Shown in pieces: positions 25,390 to 37,300 of a stretch of 64,000 bases of DNA. The DNA lies in contig WELB01000017.1 of NCBI GenBank assembly GCA_009602725.1, positions 98,426 through 162,425 of the forward strand, read 5' to 3'. The stretch's first letter is position 1. Each line of letters opens with the position of its first letter. The position numbers and the translations under genes are program-made. Source of the stretch: Spirogloea muscicola (Eukaryota). The notes under the pieces were generated by a model. That model was not told where the DNA came from. It worked only from the letters and a program-made list of their open reading frames with translations, and made no database searches.

Positions 25390-25571
25390 AATGCGTGTAT
25401 ATTAAGAGATGGGGAGGCCATGTGTGGCCAAGTACAAAGGCAAGCACATTGGACAAATGTACGTCACCTGCTGCTAAGCTGACCCGCTCAGTAACCACGA
25501 GTCAGCACATAGAGGTCGCTAGCTGACGCTCGAATACCGGACGGCAATTGACTAGCTCTTGTGCCAGCAGC
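25390..25571 (-). mobile_element. CRE-like retrotransposon 3' end, running into the gap
   Basis: Highly similar to 40015-40183. Confidence 0.8.
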
Positions 25572-25959
25572 NNNNNNNNNNNNNNNNNNNNNNNNNNNNN
25601 NNNNNNNNNNNNNNNNNNNNNNNNNNNNNNNNNNNNNNNNNNNNNNNNNNNNNNNNNNNNNNNNNNNNNNNNNNNNNNNNNNNNNNNNNNNNNNNNNNNN
25701 NNNNNNNNNNNNNNNNNNNNNNNNNNNNNNNNNNNNNNNNNNNNNNNNNNNNNNNNNNNNNNNNNNNNNNNNNNNNNNNNNNNNNNNNNNNNNNNNNNNN
25801 NNNNNNNNNNNNNNNNNNNNNNNNNNNNNNNNNNNNNNNNNNNNNNNNNNNNNNNNNNNNNNNNNNNNNNNNNNNNNNNNNNNNNNNNNNNNNNNNNNNN
25901 NNNNNNNNNNNNNNNNNNNNNNNNNNNNNNNNNNNNNNNNNNNNNNNNNNNNNNNNNNN

Positions 25960-26083
<124 letters not shown>

Positions 26084-26299
26084 CGCTGAGCTCCCGGCCG
26101 CGGCTGCCGGCCAGCGGGCGAAGCGCCGCGGTGCAGCTCGCCGGCGACCACGGCGAGGCTCGTCGCCCTCCGCAGCCTATCCGCGGCAGCGCTGGTTCGG
26201 GCGGCCCAGCCAGCGCGCCGTCGTCCAGGCTGCAACGGAGTTACCTTCAGGCTAGACCCTCCTCGCTGTTTCGGAGCCCAACATTCAACGCGGCAACCT

Positions 26300-27604
26300 A
26301 TGGGTTTCATCAAGCTGGGCGACGAGGTGCCCGATGTGGAGGCCGACAGCACCATGGGGAAGATAAATCTGCGCGACTTCATCGACAGCAGGTGAGCTAC
26401 CTGGCTGAAGTCCCCACCGACTCCTTATGCTGCTGCTTTTACTTTCTCCTTGTCTTGCTCTCACATTTGCGTCGCATTGTGCTTAGCAGCCTGCATTAGC
26501 CACTTGGTAGTTGCTGCTTTTAGTGTCCTAGATGGTGATATGGATGTGCCTTTTGCACAGAGACACAATCGACCACATTTGCCGACTCACTGTAAAGTGC
26601 CCTCCAAATCTCAGTAGCGCTGATGATACCTCCTTACCATTTCTGTGAGTGGCCTGACATCTACAGCTGGACCATTATATTCTCCTTCCCTGGTGCCTTC
26701 ACCCCTGTCTGCACAACGGAGCTTATGAAGGTTGCAAAGTACAACTCTGAATTTAAGAAGCGTGCTGTGAAGCTTGTAGGTGGGTTCCTCCACGTTAATT
26801 TGCTCAGCCACTGTAGCTTTGTCCTATTGATTGACGCTGACAAAAGATGGATGACTTGCCATCTCCTCTGATGACGAGACCCCGGAGTAACTGCATGTCA
26901 AAGTCTGACATGTTGTGATGCTGATGATGCTTCTGGGCACCTGGCTTCAAGGTCGCCTGCAGGCTGTGGTCTGCTAAGGTGCTGCATGCCGCTTTTTTGT
27001 AAGCAGGCCTCTCAAACAACCAGGTTCCAGACTTTGAGAAATGGCTCAACGATATAAGGACATACCAGCCGGATGCAGAGGTAGATTTTCCTCTCATCGG
27101 GGATCCTGAGCGGGCTATCTCAATAGCACTGAACATGCTTGACCCGGACGAGAAAGACGAAGAGGGAAAACCGCTGACCTCTCGTGCACTCCATGTTGTG
27201 GCACCAGACAAGAAGGTGCGCGACTCTGCCAGCTGTCGCTGTATGCATCACAAAGGAGCGTCTGCTGAGCACAGCCATACAGGGCCCTCTTTTGTAGTTG
27301 CTGTTGCTTTCCAGCCCTACTGATGGCTTTCAAATGGACACCATCAATGCAGTTGAGGTTGAGCTTCTTGTATCCTGGGAAGGTTGGCCGCAACTTTGAC
27401 GAGGTCTTGCGAACCGTGGACGCGCTTCAGCTGGCATACAAATATGACATCGCAACCCCAGCGGGTTGGAAGCCTGGCGACAAGGTTGTCATTCCTTCCA
27501 AGATGTCCACTGAGGAGGCGCAGAAGAAATTCCATAACAAGGTTGAGGTTGCGCAGATGCCATCGGGCAGAGACTATCTGCGCACAGTAGAGCTGTCAGC
27601 GTGA
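26300..27604 (+). CDS. PER1: 1-Cys peroxiredoxin (Prx6 family), 4 exons
   Basis: [97 protein letters not shown]. Confidence 0.95.
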
Positions 27605-27778
27605 AGCAGGTGTACAGCTAGGACGGGTTGGTGGTGGCAGAGTGAGACTCACCTTCGTGAAGCATGCATCTGGCAGACGTAGACTACCGTGTTCCCTAGC
27701 CCATGGGGATGCTTGCCTTCGAACCCCACTTGCGCTGGACTCCACAATCCAGGTGGTAGTGGATTGCATAGCCAAATT

Positions 27779-27857
27779 GCCTCAGCCAGGTGACTGGTAC
27801 TTGACTTGGATTGCATTTTGGAATAATCGCCTTAGCCAGGTGACTAGTATTTGACTT
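27779..27857. repeat. Two-copy ~29-bp direct repeat, 50-bp period
   Basis: GCCTCAGCCAGGTGACTGGTACTTGACTT and GCCTTAGCCAGGTGACTAGTATTTGACTT. Confidence 0.75.
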
Positions 27858-28049
27858 CTACACGGGTGCAGGCTTGGCATGGAAAGGCACGGCTTAGCAC
27901 AGCATGATTGCGTGAGTAGTTTTCTTGCCAGACTTGCTAATGCTTGTGGGCATGGCCTAGCATTGCTTTCACTCAGCAGAGTGTCATTGACAGCAGTAAG
28001 GCACAGTTGGCAATCGTGGCCCTCAGCAAAGGAAAAGGCTTCAGAGGAG

Positions 28050-31000
28050 AGCATTGGCTGTGGAAAAGCAGCCCATTGTACGAACAGCATAAAAGGCAGT
28101 ACGTAAGCCGACGCCGCTGCAGTTGAGTGAGAACGGCCACTGGCACGCAAATGCAAAATCCCTTAAGACGAGCCGGAGGCTGGACAGACTGGTGCCAGGA
28201 GGCGAATCCGCAGGGGTGGAGTGGCGGACCTGGCGCTGGGAGATGGCAGTGTATTGGGTGGAGAGCGTGTATAGGAAGGAGAAGCCCGTCTTTCAAGTAA
28301 TGCCAATGGCTGCGAAGGGCCAGCCCATCAGAGTGGACGGCGTGAGTAAAGTAGAGGCTCTAAAGAAAGCAGCTATGGCTGTGAAGGAAGAATTCTTGAA
28401 AAAGGGGGCGATGGCTATGAAAGGCCAGCCCGAAATCGACGCACAAGCTTGACAGGAGTTGGATAGCGTATTCTTAGGGATGCAAGTGGTCCTAAGGATG
28501 AACACAGCTCTTTCAAAGTGACAGCAATTGTAACGTTCCCGCCGGAAGGGCGTGCCAACGTTGCCGGTAACCTTCCAGTATCGTTCCGTCACCTTTGGCG
28601 TGTCCCCACCGGTGTCGGTCAATCCGCTGCACCCTGTGTAGCTATTCTCGATGTCGGGCGAGTGCCACCGAGGGTGGGCCCCTTTGGGCTCCCTCGTCAC
28701 ACACAAAAAAGAATGCGGCTGCTGATATTAAAGAATCGGCTGTAAACTGCCAGCCAGATGCATACAGGTGTTCATGACGAAGCCAAGGCTAGTCAGACAG
28801 GGACTCGTCACACACGCTACTTCGTGTCGCCATTGTTTGGGCCGTCCCTCAGAGGGTGGGCCCTCGGACGACCCTCGTCACACCCTCGGGGTAGAGGGGT
28901 GGCAGGCGGAACGCAGTCTGTAGTCGGCCGAGACCAGACTGCTGAGTCGGACCGGTGACGCCGAGAGAGGCACAGCCCTGCTTGCCTGCTGCCGCAGCCG
29001 CCGCCACAGCTCTGCTGCTGCCGTCTGCTGCTCAGCCCGTCGCTGAGCTTGTCGCGCATCCATCGCCGGCTCTCCGTTAGTGCCATGCTTGCGCCCCATC
29101 TGGGGACAGCTACTAAGCCAGACCCTCAGTAGAGTCGCCGCCTTCCGGCGGTGCCTCAGGGTAAGACTTCCGGTGCGCAGTATGCGCGTATGTGTTCTGT
29201 GTGCACTGGCGTTTCCACTCTGTAAGGGGGTAGTCCCTAAACCCCCTAGGTCCGGACTCCAATCAGGACGTACTAACACCTAACTGTGTGTCTAGGGCTT
29301 AGTACGCTTCAGCAATGGCTGTGAGAGGCCAGCCCAAAGAATTGGACAAGGTCTGAATGGTTAAAAGGGCCGGGTAGCGCAAAAGCAGGATGTTACTAGT
29401 CTTCAGCCTTAAGGATGGCCGCCCAATAGCCCCTAGTCAGCAGTCGCAAGAAGGAACATCTAGCCTGATTGATGCAGCTTTTTGAGGGAAGGGCTGTGAA
29501 AACCAGCACACAAGATAGTGAACAAGGTACACAAAAGAGTTGCTCCCATACTCTTAAAGGGGGTGGAAATTGTGTCCCGGAAGGAGCAGATGGGTGTGAA
29601 AGGCCAGCCTAAACAAGTACGAGGCAGACTGGCAAGGTCTGCAAGGGCCGGGAAATCACAGAAGCGCGGCCAGATTGACTGGTGGCTGGGAAAGGCCAAA
29701 GGAATGGACGAAAAGGGAAGCGCTTAAAAGAAAGACTCTTCCAGTTTACGGTAATGGCTGTGAGAGGCCAGCCCAAAGGATTGTACAAGGCTAGCCCACA
29801 AAGCGATGCACATACCTTTTGGCTGGCCTCTCACAGCCATTGGCGTAGATTGGAAGAGCTCTTTCTTATCCGAGTGGCTACTACGAAAAGACCACAATGA
29901 CCTTGCCAGCAGCCGCAAGTCAGAGTAGCAATGGAACAAGCTTCTGTATCTAGGCACTTACTGACTAGAGGTTATAGAGAGCCCACTTGCTGACGTCTTG
30001 GAAACTAATATCCTGCTTTTTGCGCCAACCGGCCCTTTCAGACCTTGTCCATTCCTTTGGGCTGGCCTCTCACAAGCATTGCTGTTGATTTGGAAGAGCT
30101 GTTTTCTGTGCAGCCGCAGGGGGCTGCGAAAAGCCAGCCCACCAAAGATTGGACATTATATGGAGTCATAAGGGCGGTCAAGTACGGAAGCAAGCACGTA
30201 TACATGCATAGGCAGTGGAAGAGAAGGCGCGCGGTGCGCATCGATTAAAAGGGTGGCCCGTACCAGAAAGACCAGCCAACACATTACAGCCAGTGCACTG
30301 TTCAGGCGAAAGGAAGGAAAGAAAAGAAACGAGCTCTTCCAAACTACGGCAATGGCTGTTGGAGAAGTTCGCTCTCAACCCCATGCCCATCAACCTACCC
30401 CAGTTGTGAGAGGCCAACCCAAAGAGAATCAAGTAGCTACGAAACACTCCGTAACCTTTACTAAAAAGCAGCCGCAGGTCGGAGAAACTAGTCTCCCGGT
30501 AGCGGGTCCCCTGGCTAGGGCCAGAGGCTGCAGCGAGGGCACGACCGGCACGGCGCGAGCCATGGACCGCTGCAGCGAGACTGCCAAGCGCATGCGATAC
30601 ACCTGGGCGATACACTTTCCCTGGCCTTCAGACTTCGTTCATTCTTCCGTATGGGCTGGCCTCCCCCCAGCCACCGCCCTCTCCTGGAAACATATTTCGA
30701 CTACAGGGAAGTGGGTCTCCCAATGGGGGCAATGGTTGTGGCAAGCCAGCCCGAAAAGAATGGACGAGGTTCGAAGGGCCGAAGGAATGTACAAGATGGT
30801 TTGGCGGCGGCCTCCGGCTTCCGTCAGGGCGACGTCTTTCCACCAGCTAGCTACTCGGATCTGCATCTCCTGTCTAGAGGTTACTGAGCGTTCCCTGGCT
30901 GATGTCTTAGTCCTAGTCGTTCGCACTCAAGCTCCCTTAGACCGTGTCCATTCTTTTGGGCTGGCCTTTCCCAGCCACCGGTCAATCTGGCCGCGCTTCC

Positions 31001-31051
31001 TTACAAGACTGAGCAGTAGTGGTGGGAGTGGGGGGGTGGGATAAGGGGGTG
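28050..31051. mobile_element. Dense motif-M / retroelement mosaic upstream of carB
   Basis: About 15 M copies in both orientations (28056, 28305, 28411, 29315, 29491, 29590, 29681, 29754, 29816, 30038, 30120, 30401, 30628, 30731, 30938), one P copy, and a degenerate copy of the 140-bp terminus at 30220-30310. Confidence 0.85.
30545..30625 (-). mobile_element. Divergent RLE retrotransposon fragment
   Basis: Reads AQVYRMRLAVSLQRSMARAV, equivalent to RRRVSACLQRAQAHAL in the other copies. Confidence 0.5.
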
Positions 31052-31315
31052 NNNNNNNNNNNNNNNNNNNNNNNNNNNNNNNNNNNNNNNNNNNNNNNNN
31101 NNNNNNNNNNNNNNNNNNNNNNNNNNNNNNNNNNNNNNNNNNNNNNNNNNNNNNNNNNNNNNNNNNNNNNNNNNNNNNNNNNNNNNNNNCCCGCCGTCGT
31201 CGCGGCCTCGCGCCTCTGCCGGGCCACGTCTGCCCTCCCCCTCGCGGCCTGAGCGTACCGGGCGCCTTTGCTCCTCCGGCCACCGCCGGTCTGCCGCGCC
31301 GGGCCCGGGCTCGTC

Positions 31316-34300
31316 ATGGCCGCCGCGGCCTCCTCCCTCCGCGCCGCGGCGGGGGCCCCGGCGGCGCGCGCGCGCGATCCGACGCCCTCCCCGTCCTCGC
31401 CGGCGGCCAGCTCCCACGCTCGCCCCGGACGCCCTGCATTCCGCTCCGAGTTTCTTGCGGCCACCGCCTCTGCTCATGACTTCCTGGCGGGGCCCACGCC
31501 TGCCGCGAAGCCCGCTGCCAAGTCTTCGACGACTGGCCGCAGCTTCCCTGCCAAGGTGCGAGCTCCTGGATGCCCCCAGCTTCGATTGCCCACGATTCGC
31601 GCAAACAAGGGGCGGCATTGCTTGTGTAGGATGCCAGCTTTATGCATTGTGGAGTCACGAGCTGACTGCTGATCCGTGACTTGAAGCAGTCATGATCCAG
31701 TGTAGACTTCGTCCACTCTAGAGCTGAGACCTGCTTGCGCAGGCTTCATCTACCAGCGCTGCAGCACTGCTTGTCCGCCCCTGCAGCGAGGATGGCTGCT
31801 GCAAGCTCAAGATGCTAAGCTCTGCGGTTGAGTCTGCTCCCAGCAGGGGGCTCCTAGATGTATCGTCAGCGAGAGGGAGGCGCCAGTCAAGGAGGAGCAG
31901 TCTACATTCACGCCATGGAATAGCCCCGGAGCCAGGCCGGTGGGGAAGCGCACGGACTTGAAGAAGATCATGATCCTCGGTGCTGGGCCTATTGTTATTG
32001 GTCAGGCTTGTGAATTTGACTACTCGGGCACCCAGGTGACTCTCCCCTTCCTCGAATCGGTACTGCAAGGAATGCTGACCTTCAGATGGGAAAGCTTTGA
32101 GCTTTGTACCTGCCTGAATTCCGCAGGCTAGGGCAGCTAACTGAGGCGTGTCTGGAGCATGCCTCGACAACACAGGAATCAACTATAACACTTGCATTAT
32201 GTCAGGATCATTGAACCACCAGACGTCATGAAGCCACTGGCTTGACCACCCTGCTCTGCAACTGCTTAAGGGACACTCTGTTCAGATTGCTTACCATGCT
32301 TTGTGGCTGCTATAGCTTACCTCTTTACCTTCGATGTTTTGGGAGTAGGCATGCAAGGCCCTGAAAGAGGAGGGGTACCAAGTCATCCTGCTGAACTCAA
32401 ATCCTGCCACTATAATGACTGACCCTGGGACAGCCGACCGAACTTATGTTGCGCCCATGACTCCAGAGCTTGTTGAGCAGGTCAGCTGGCAACATGACCG
32501 AGGCTGCTAGGGTTGATTGCTTACTTTCTGAGCTCTACAGGGCTTCGTGGTGTGAATGCTAGGCCTGGAGACGCACATTGCTGCGTCTCACCCTGTGAAT
32601 CATTGAGTAGGCTGATGTTGCTATGATATCTGTCACCAGATTGAACAGATTCTTGAGCATGCCAAGGTGTCTTGTACAATGTGGATGCAGATCCTTGCCA
32701 AGGAGCGACCGGATGCCCTTCTGCCCACCATGGGAGGTCAGACTGCTCTTAATCTAGCAAAAGCTCTGGCTGAGCAAGGCATTCTTGACAAGTACGGGGT
32801 GGAGCTCATTGGCGCTAAACTGGATGCCATCAACAAAGCCGAAGATCGAGAGCTCTTCAAACAGGTAGGCAAGCAGTTGGCTGAGCAGCCATGCATCTGC
32901 CAGAAGACCATAGATGGTGGTAAGTTCTTACAATAGGTTTGGGGAGCTGACAATGGTAACTTGCACTCTTGCATTACTCTTGTTGACAAATGACAGGATG
33001 CTCTGTTGTTGCCACATTTCACAAATTCAAATGCACTCCTTCTTTAAAGCAGGCCATGGAGAAAGTCGGAGTGAGCAATCCTCCATCAGGAACCGCCAGC
33101 ACCCTTGAGGAATGCTACCAGGTTGCTGAGAAGGTGAGCAGCTTGTTTCTGGATCAGCTCTATGGATATTTTCCTCACTTATTGTTGGTCGACCTTGTGA
33201 CTGACTTGACTTATGATTCACCTTTCTATCTTTTCAGAAGGTATCAGCTCCTCAGAAGCTGATGCCTTTTTAACCTACGTCATACACTCGCTTGCTTACT
33301 TGCAATTGTATACTTACTTGTTCCGTTGTTGGCCACATTCATCTATGGCAGATTGGCAACTTCCCTCTCATCATCAGGCCTGCTTTTACTTTGGGAGGGA
33401 CGGGAGGAGGCATTGCATACAACAAGGACGAGTTTGAGCAGATCTGCAAAGCTGGTCTAGCAGCCAGTGTGACCACCCAGGTGCTTGTGGAGAAGTCCCT
33501 CTTGGGCTGGAAAGAGTATGAGTTGGAGGTGATGCGAGACCTTGCAGGTCAGTGACACAGTTGCGAATGAAGTATATCTAGGCGAGGTGTTGCTTCGTTG
33601 TATGCCCCAGCAGACACTGTACCTACGTATACATATAACTATGTATGTATGTACATGTATATACAGTGTATATTTATTCAAAAAGTCATGGAGCTTTCTC
33701 TATCAGATAGGGACTTGGCAGACCTTTCAAGCTCTTGCAACAAAGATTGATCGAAAGAAAGATCAATGGAAAGATGAAGTTGAATCCTGATTATGGCAAG
33801 GCTTGTTGATTGAAATGGCAGACAACGTCGTCATCATCTGCTCTATTGAGAATATAGATCCTATGGGAGTCCATACTGGAGATTCCATCACCGTTGCACC
33901 TGCTCAAACACTTACGGATAAGGAGTATCAGGTCCGACCAGATAATCAATTAAATATCTGCATGGCATGGATTCATGTCTGGCCGGCCAGGCCCGCTGTG
34001 AGACTGAAAGACATAGAGCACTCACAGGTTTATCTGCAGCTGAAGGTCCTGGAAATTGCTTAAAGGATTGGGAATTGGTTGACTGCCACTTTCCAAGAGG
34101 CTTTCAGGTTTTCTGCAATCACACAGTTTGAAGTGTTCTCTGACATTTGCTTTTTCATCTTGCAGCGCTTGAGGGACTTTGCTGTTGCAATCATCAGGGA
34201 GATTGGCGTTGAGTGTGGTGGTTCCAATGTGCAATTTGCTGTCAATCCAAAGGATGGCGAGGTCATGGTCATTGAGATGAACCCTCGCGTGTCACGGTCC

Positions 34301-37300
34301 TCAGCCCTTGCATCAAAGGCCACTGGCTTCCCGATTGCAAAGATTGCTGCTAAGCTCTCGGTTGGCTACACTCTTGACCAGGTTTGTCACTATTGAACCT
34401 GACTCTTTGAGCCGGACCCAATACTTTTCTTGTAAAACATGCAGAGTGCAGCTCATTGGCCTGCCCTTCAGCAACTCTTGCTGTGAATTAGTAGAAGGTA
34501 TTGATGCTGGAGACAACAGAGCTCTCTTTTGGCATCGGATTCGGATTGAAGCAGTCCTGAAGTCTCTTTATTGAGTCTTGCTCATTGCAGATTGCGAACG
34601 ACATCACAAAGAAGACACCAGCCAGCTTCGAGCCATCCATTGATTATGTTGTCACAAAGATACCTCGCTTTGCATTTGAGAAATTTCCAGGAAGTGAGCC
34701 CACCCTCACTACCCAGATGAAGTCTGTTGGAGAAGCCATGGCAATCGGCAGGACCTTCCAGGAATCCTTTCAGAAGGCGCTGCGATCCTTGGAGACTGGC
34801 CACAGTGGCTGGGGCTGCGAGAAGGTCAAGGAGGTGGAGTGGAGCTTGGAGAAGATCAAGTACGCTCTCAGAGTTCCCAATCCGGACCGCATGTATGCTG
34901 TCTACGCAGCCATGAAGCGGGGGATGTCCCAGAAAGAGGTACTTGGCTTGTTCGATTCTCTTGACAAGGGAGGCTACTTTCCCGCATACAATCTCCTGAG
35001 CTCTTATCTGCTGGAAGGCTGGTTGTGAGCCCTCTATGCTTTGGCTTTCGGTTGTGCCAGGTCTTTGACTCCAGTTCGCCATTTGGCTGTGTTGAGTGTA
35101 TCAGGTCTTCGACCTGACCAAGATCGATCCTTGGTTCCTAGCTCAACTTGGGGAGCTATTGGAGGTTGAGAATTTCATGGAGCAGTTCAGTGGAAAGCTG
35201 CAAGATTTGACCAAAGAAGACCTTCGCCAGGTTCGATACCCTATCTGTCTTGTACTTTTTGCATCTGGTTTGCATCTGGTAGTGACATTTGCACGCATAC
35301 ATGTATCATATTGTGCTCCTTTCTTCTTTGTCTTGGTATGGCCAAGACAACGTAATAAGGGTGCTCACACTGACACCTGCAGATCAAGAGGAGAGGCTTC
35401 AGTGACAAGCAAATTGCTTATGCAGTCCATGCCACTGAGGACAATGTCCGTGATTTCCGTAAGGTGAGCAGTTGAGCACAAATGCTGCAGATGCGGCATG
35501 TTTGGTGTATGACTGATGAGCTTAGAAAATGCACCGTCTGGCTGGAAGGTCTGCAGCTGTGTCTGATGATTTAGCTGGTCAGACTTAAGGCAGAAGGGCA
35601 CCATTCTCACCCATGTGAAAGCCTGCTCTTCTTCATCTTGCAGGCCCTCAATGTTGTGCCTGCCTTCAAGCGCGTGGACACCTGTGCAGCAGAATTTGAG
35701 GCTCTTACTCCATACCAGGTACACGCTTACAGGTCATGCTGTGTGTAGCACATACATTTTTGACACATCCATTCAATCCGAAGCTTGCTTGTCAGTGATA
35801 AGATTTTAATGGGCAGACATTTTCTGGGTGTTGTTCTGTCAAGTAAGCAGCTATGTCCTGGAAATATTGACGTCCATCAGGCAGCAGGTGAACTCTGTGA
35901 TATTCATCATGGACCTAATTGCTGTTTGCAGTACTCTTCCTATGACGACGAAGACGAGACAGAGCCCACTTCCAATGAAAAAGTCCTCATCCTCGGAGGT
36001 GGCCCAAACAGAATAGGGCAGGGTATTGAGTTTGATTACTGCTGTTGCCATGCTTCATTTGCGCTGCAGGTAAGGCTACTTGCTTCAGGGCTTTACTTGA
36101 GCTCTTGGCCTCTCGAGAGTGCCCTGTTGTACGGATCACTGCATCTCATGAAGCGGCTTGCTTCATAGACCTGCTGTCATACTTCCACTCCTGTCTTCGA
36201 TCAACACAGCTGTGCAGCATGGCAATACACGATTGCTACATCTGATATTTGCAAGGCTTTGAATGTGCTACAGGCTGCTGGCTTCGAGACTATCATGATG
36301 AATTCCAACCCCGAGACTGTGTCTACTGACTATGACACCAGTGACCGTCTCTACTTTGAGCCTTTGACCGTCGAGGATGTCATCAATGTCATTGATTTAG
36401 AGCGTCCAGATGGTATCATTGTGCAGGTAAGTGGTCCACTGCTACAGTATCAGCCCCTTCTTTCACATGCTTTGCTCAGTGGCACAACTTTGCACCATAA
36501 CAGTCCATGTGCGTCGCCTGTAACTACCTTGAGTCACAGAGAAAAGCCCACTACTGATCTTGCGCTATTCATGTGATTGGTGAGCATGCAGTTTGGCGGG
36601 CAGACGCCATTGAAATTGGCTCTGCCCATCCAACAATACCTTGACAAGAATCAAATTCCTTCTTCAAGTGGGAAAGGCCTTGTGAAGGTTTGGGGTACAT
36701 CACCGGACTCCATCGATGCTGCTGAAGACCGGAAGCGCTTCGAGGCTATGCTCAATGAGCTTGGCATCAAGCAACCACCAGGTCAGAGATCCTTGACAGC
36801 TTGCAGTCTCCATGTTGCACGGGCATAGTAAATAGGATGTTGTCAAGTATTAGCTTTTCTTCCTGTTCTCATCCACTTTTATCTCACTCTCTCATGTAGA
36901 TTTCTTTCTTTCTGCTTATTGATGTACAGGCGGTATTGCCAGGAGCGAGGAAGATGCATTGGCAGTGGCAGAAAGAGTGGGCTATCCTGTTGTGGTACGA
37001 CCATCGTATGTCCTGGGAGGAAGGGCCATGGAGATTGTCTACAGCGATGCTGCCTTAAAGAAGTACCTGGTGACCGCTGTGGAGGTGGACCCAGAGAGGC
37101 CTGTCCTTGTTGACAAATACCTCATTGTGAGTCATCCTACTTGGGCTAAGGACTTTGTCCAGCTTGCGCCTGCGGCTCGTTAATGCTGGCCGTGGTTTAT
37201 TACAGGAATGTTATGATCATGTTCCGTTTATGGACTGCTTACCTGATGCCCCCTTAGCGACTGCAATCATGCATAGTTGGCCAGATCACATGTAGCTAGT

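Noticed and set aside
26848..26908. Intronic C/D snoRNA in the peroxiredoxin gene
   Set aside because: Box-like words are present, but it is short, has no convincing terminal stem and no rRNA complementarity I can recognise
28769..29311. Solo LTR (TG..CA)
   Set aside because: No target-site duplication (ACAGG vs GCAAT) and no second copy in the window
28050..31051. CRISPR-like array (palindromic repeat with variable spacers)
   Set aside because: Copies are degenerate, in both orientations and irregularly spaced; spacers recur elsewhere as repeats; no cas genes; eukaryotic context
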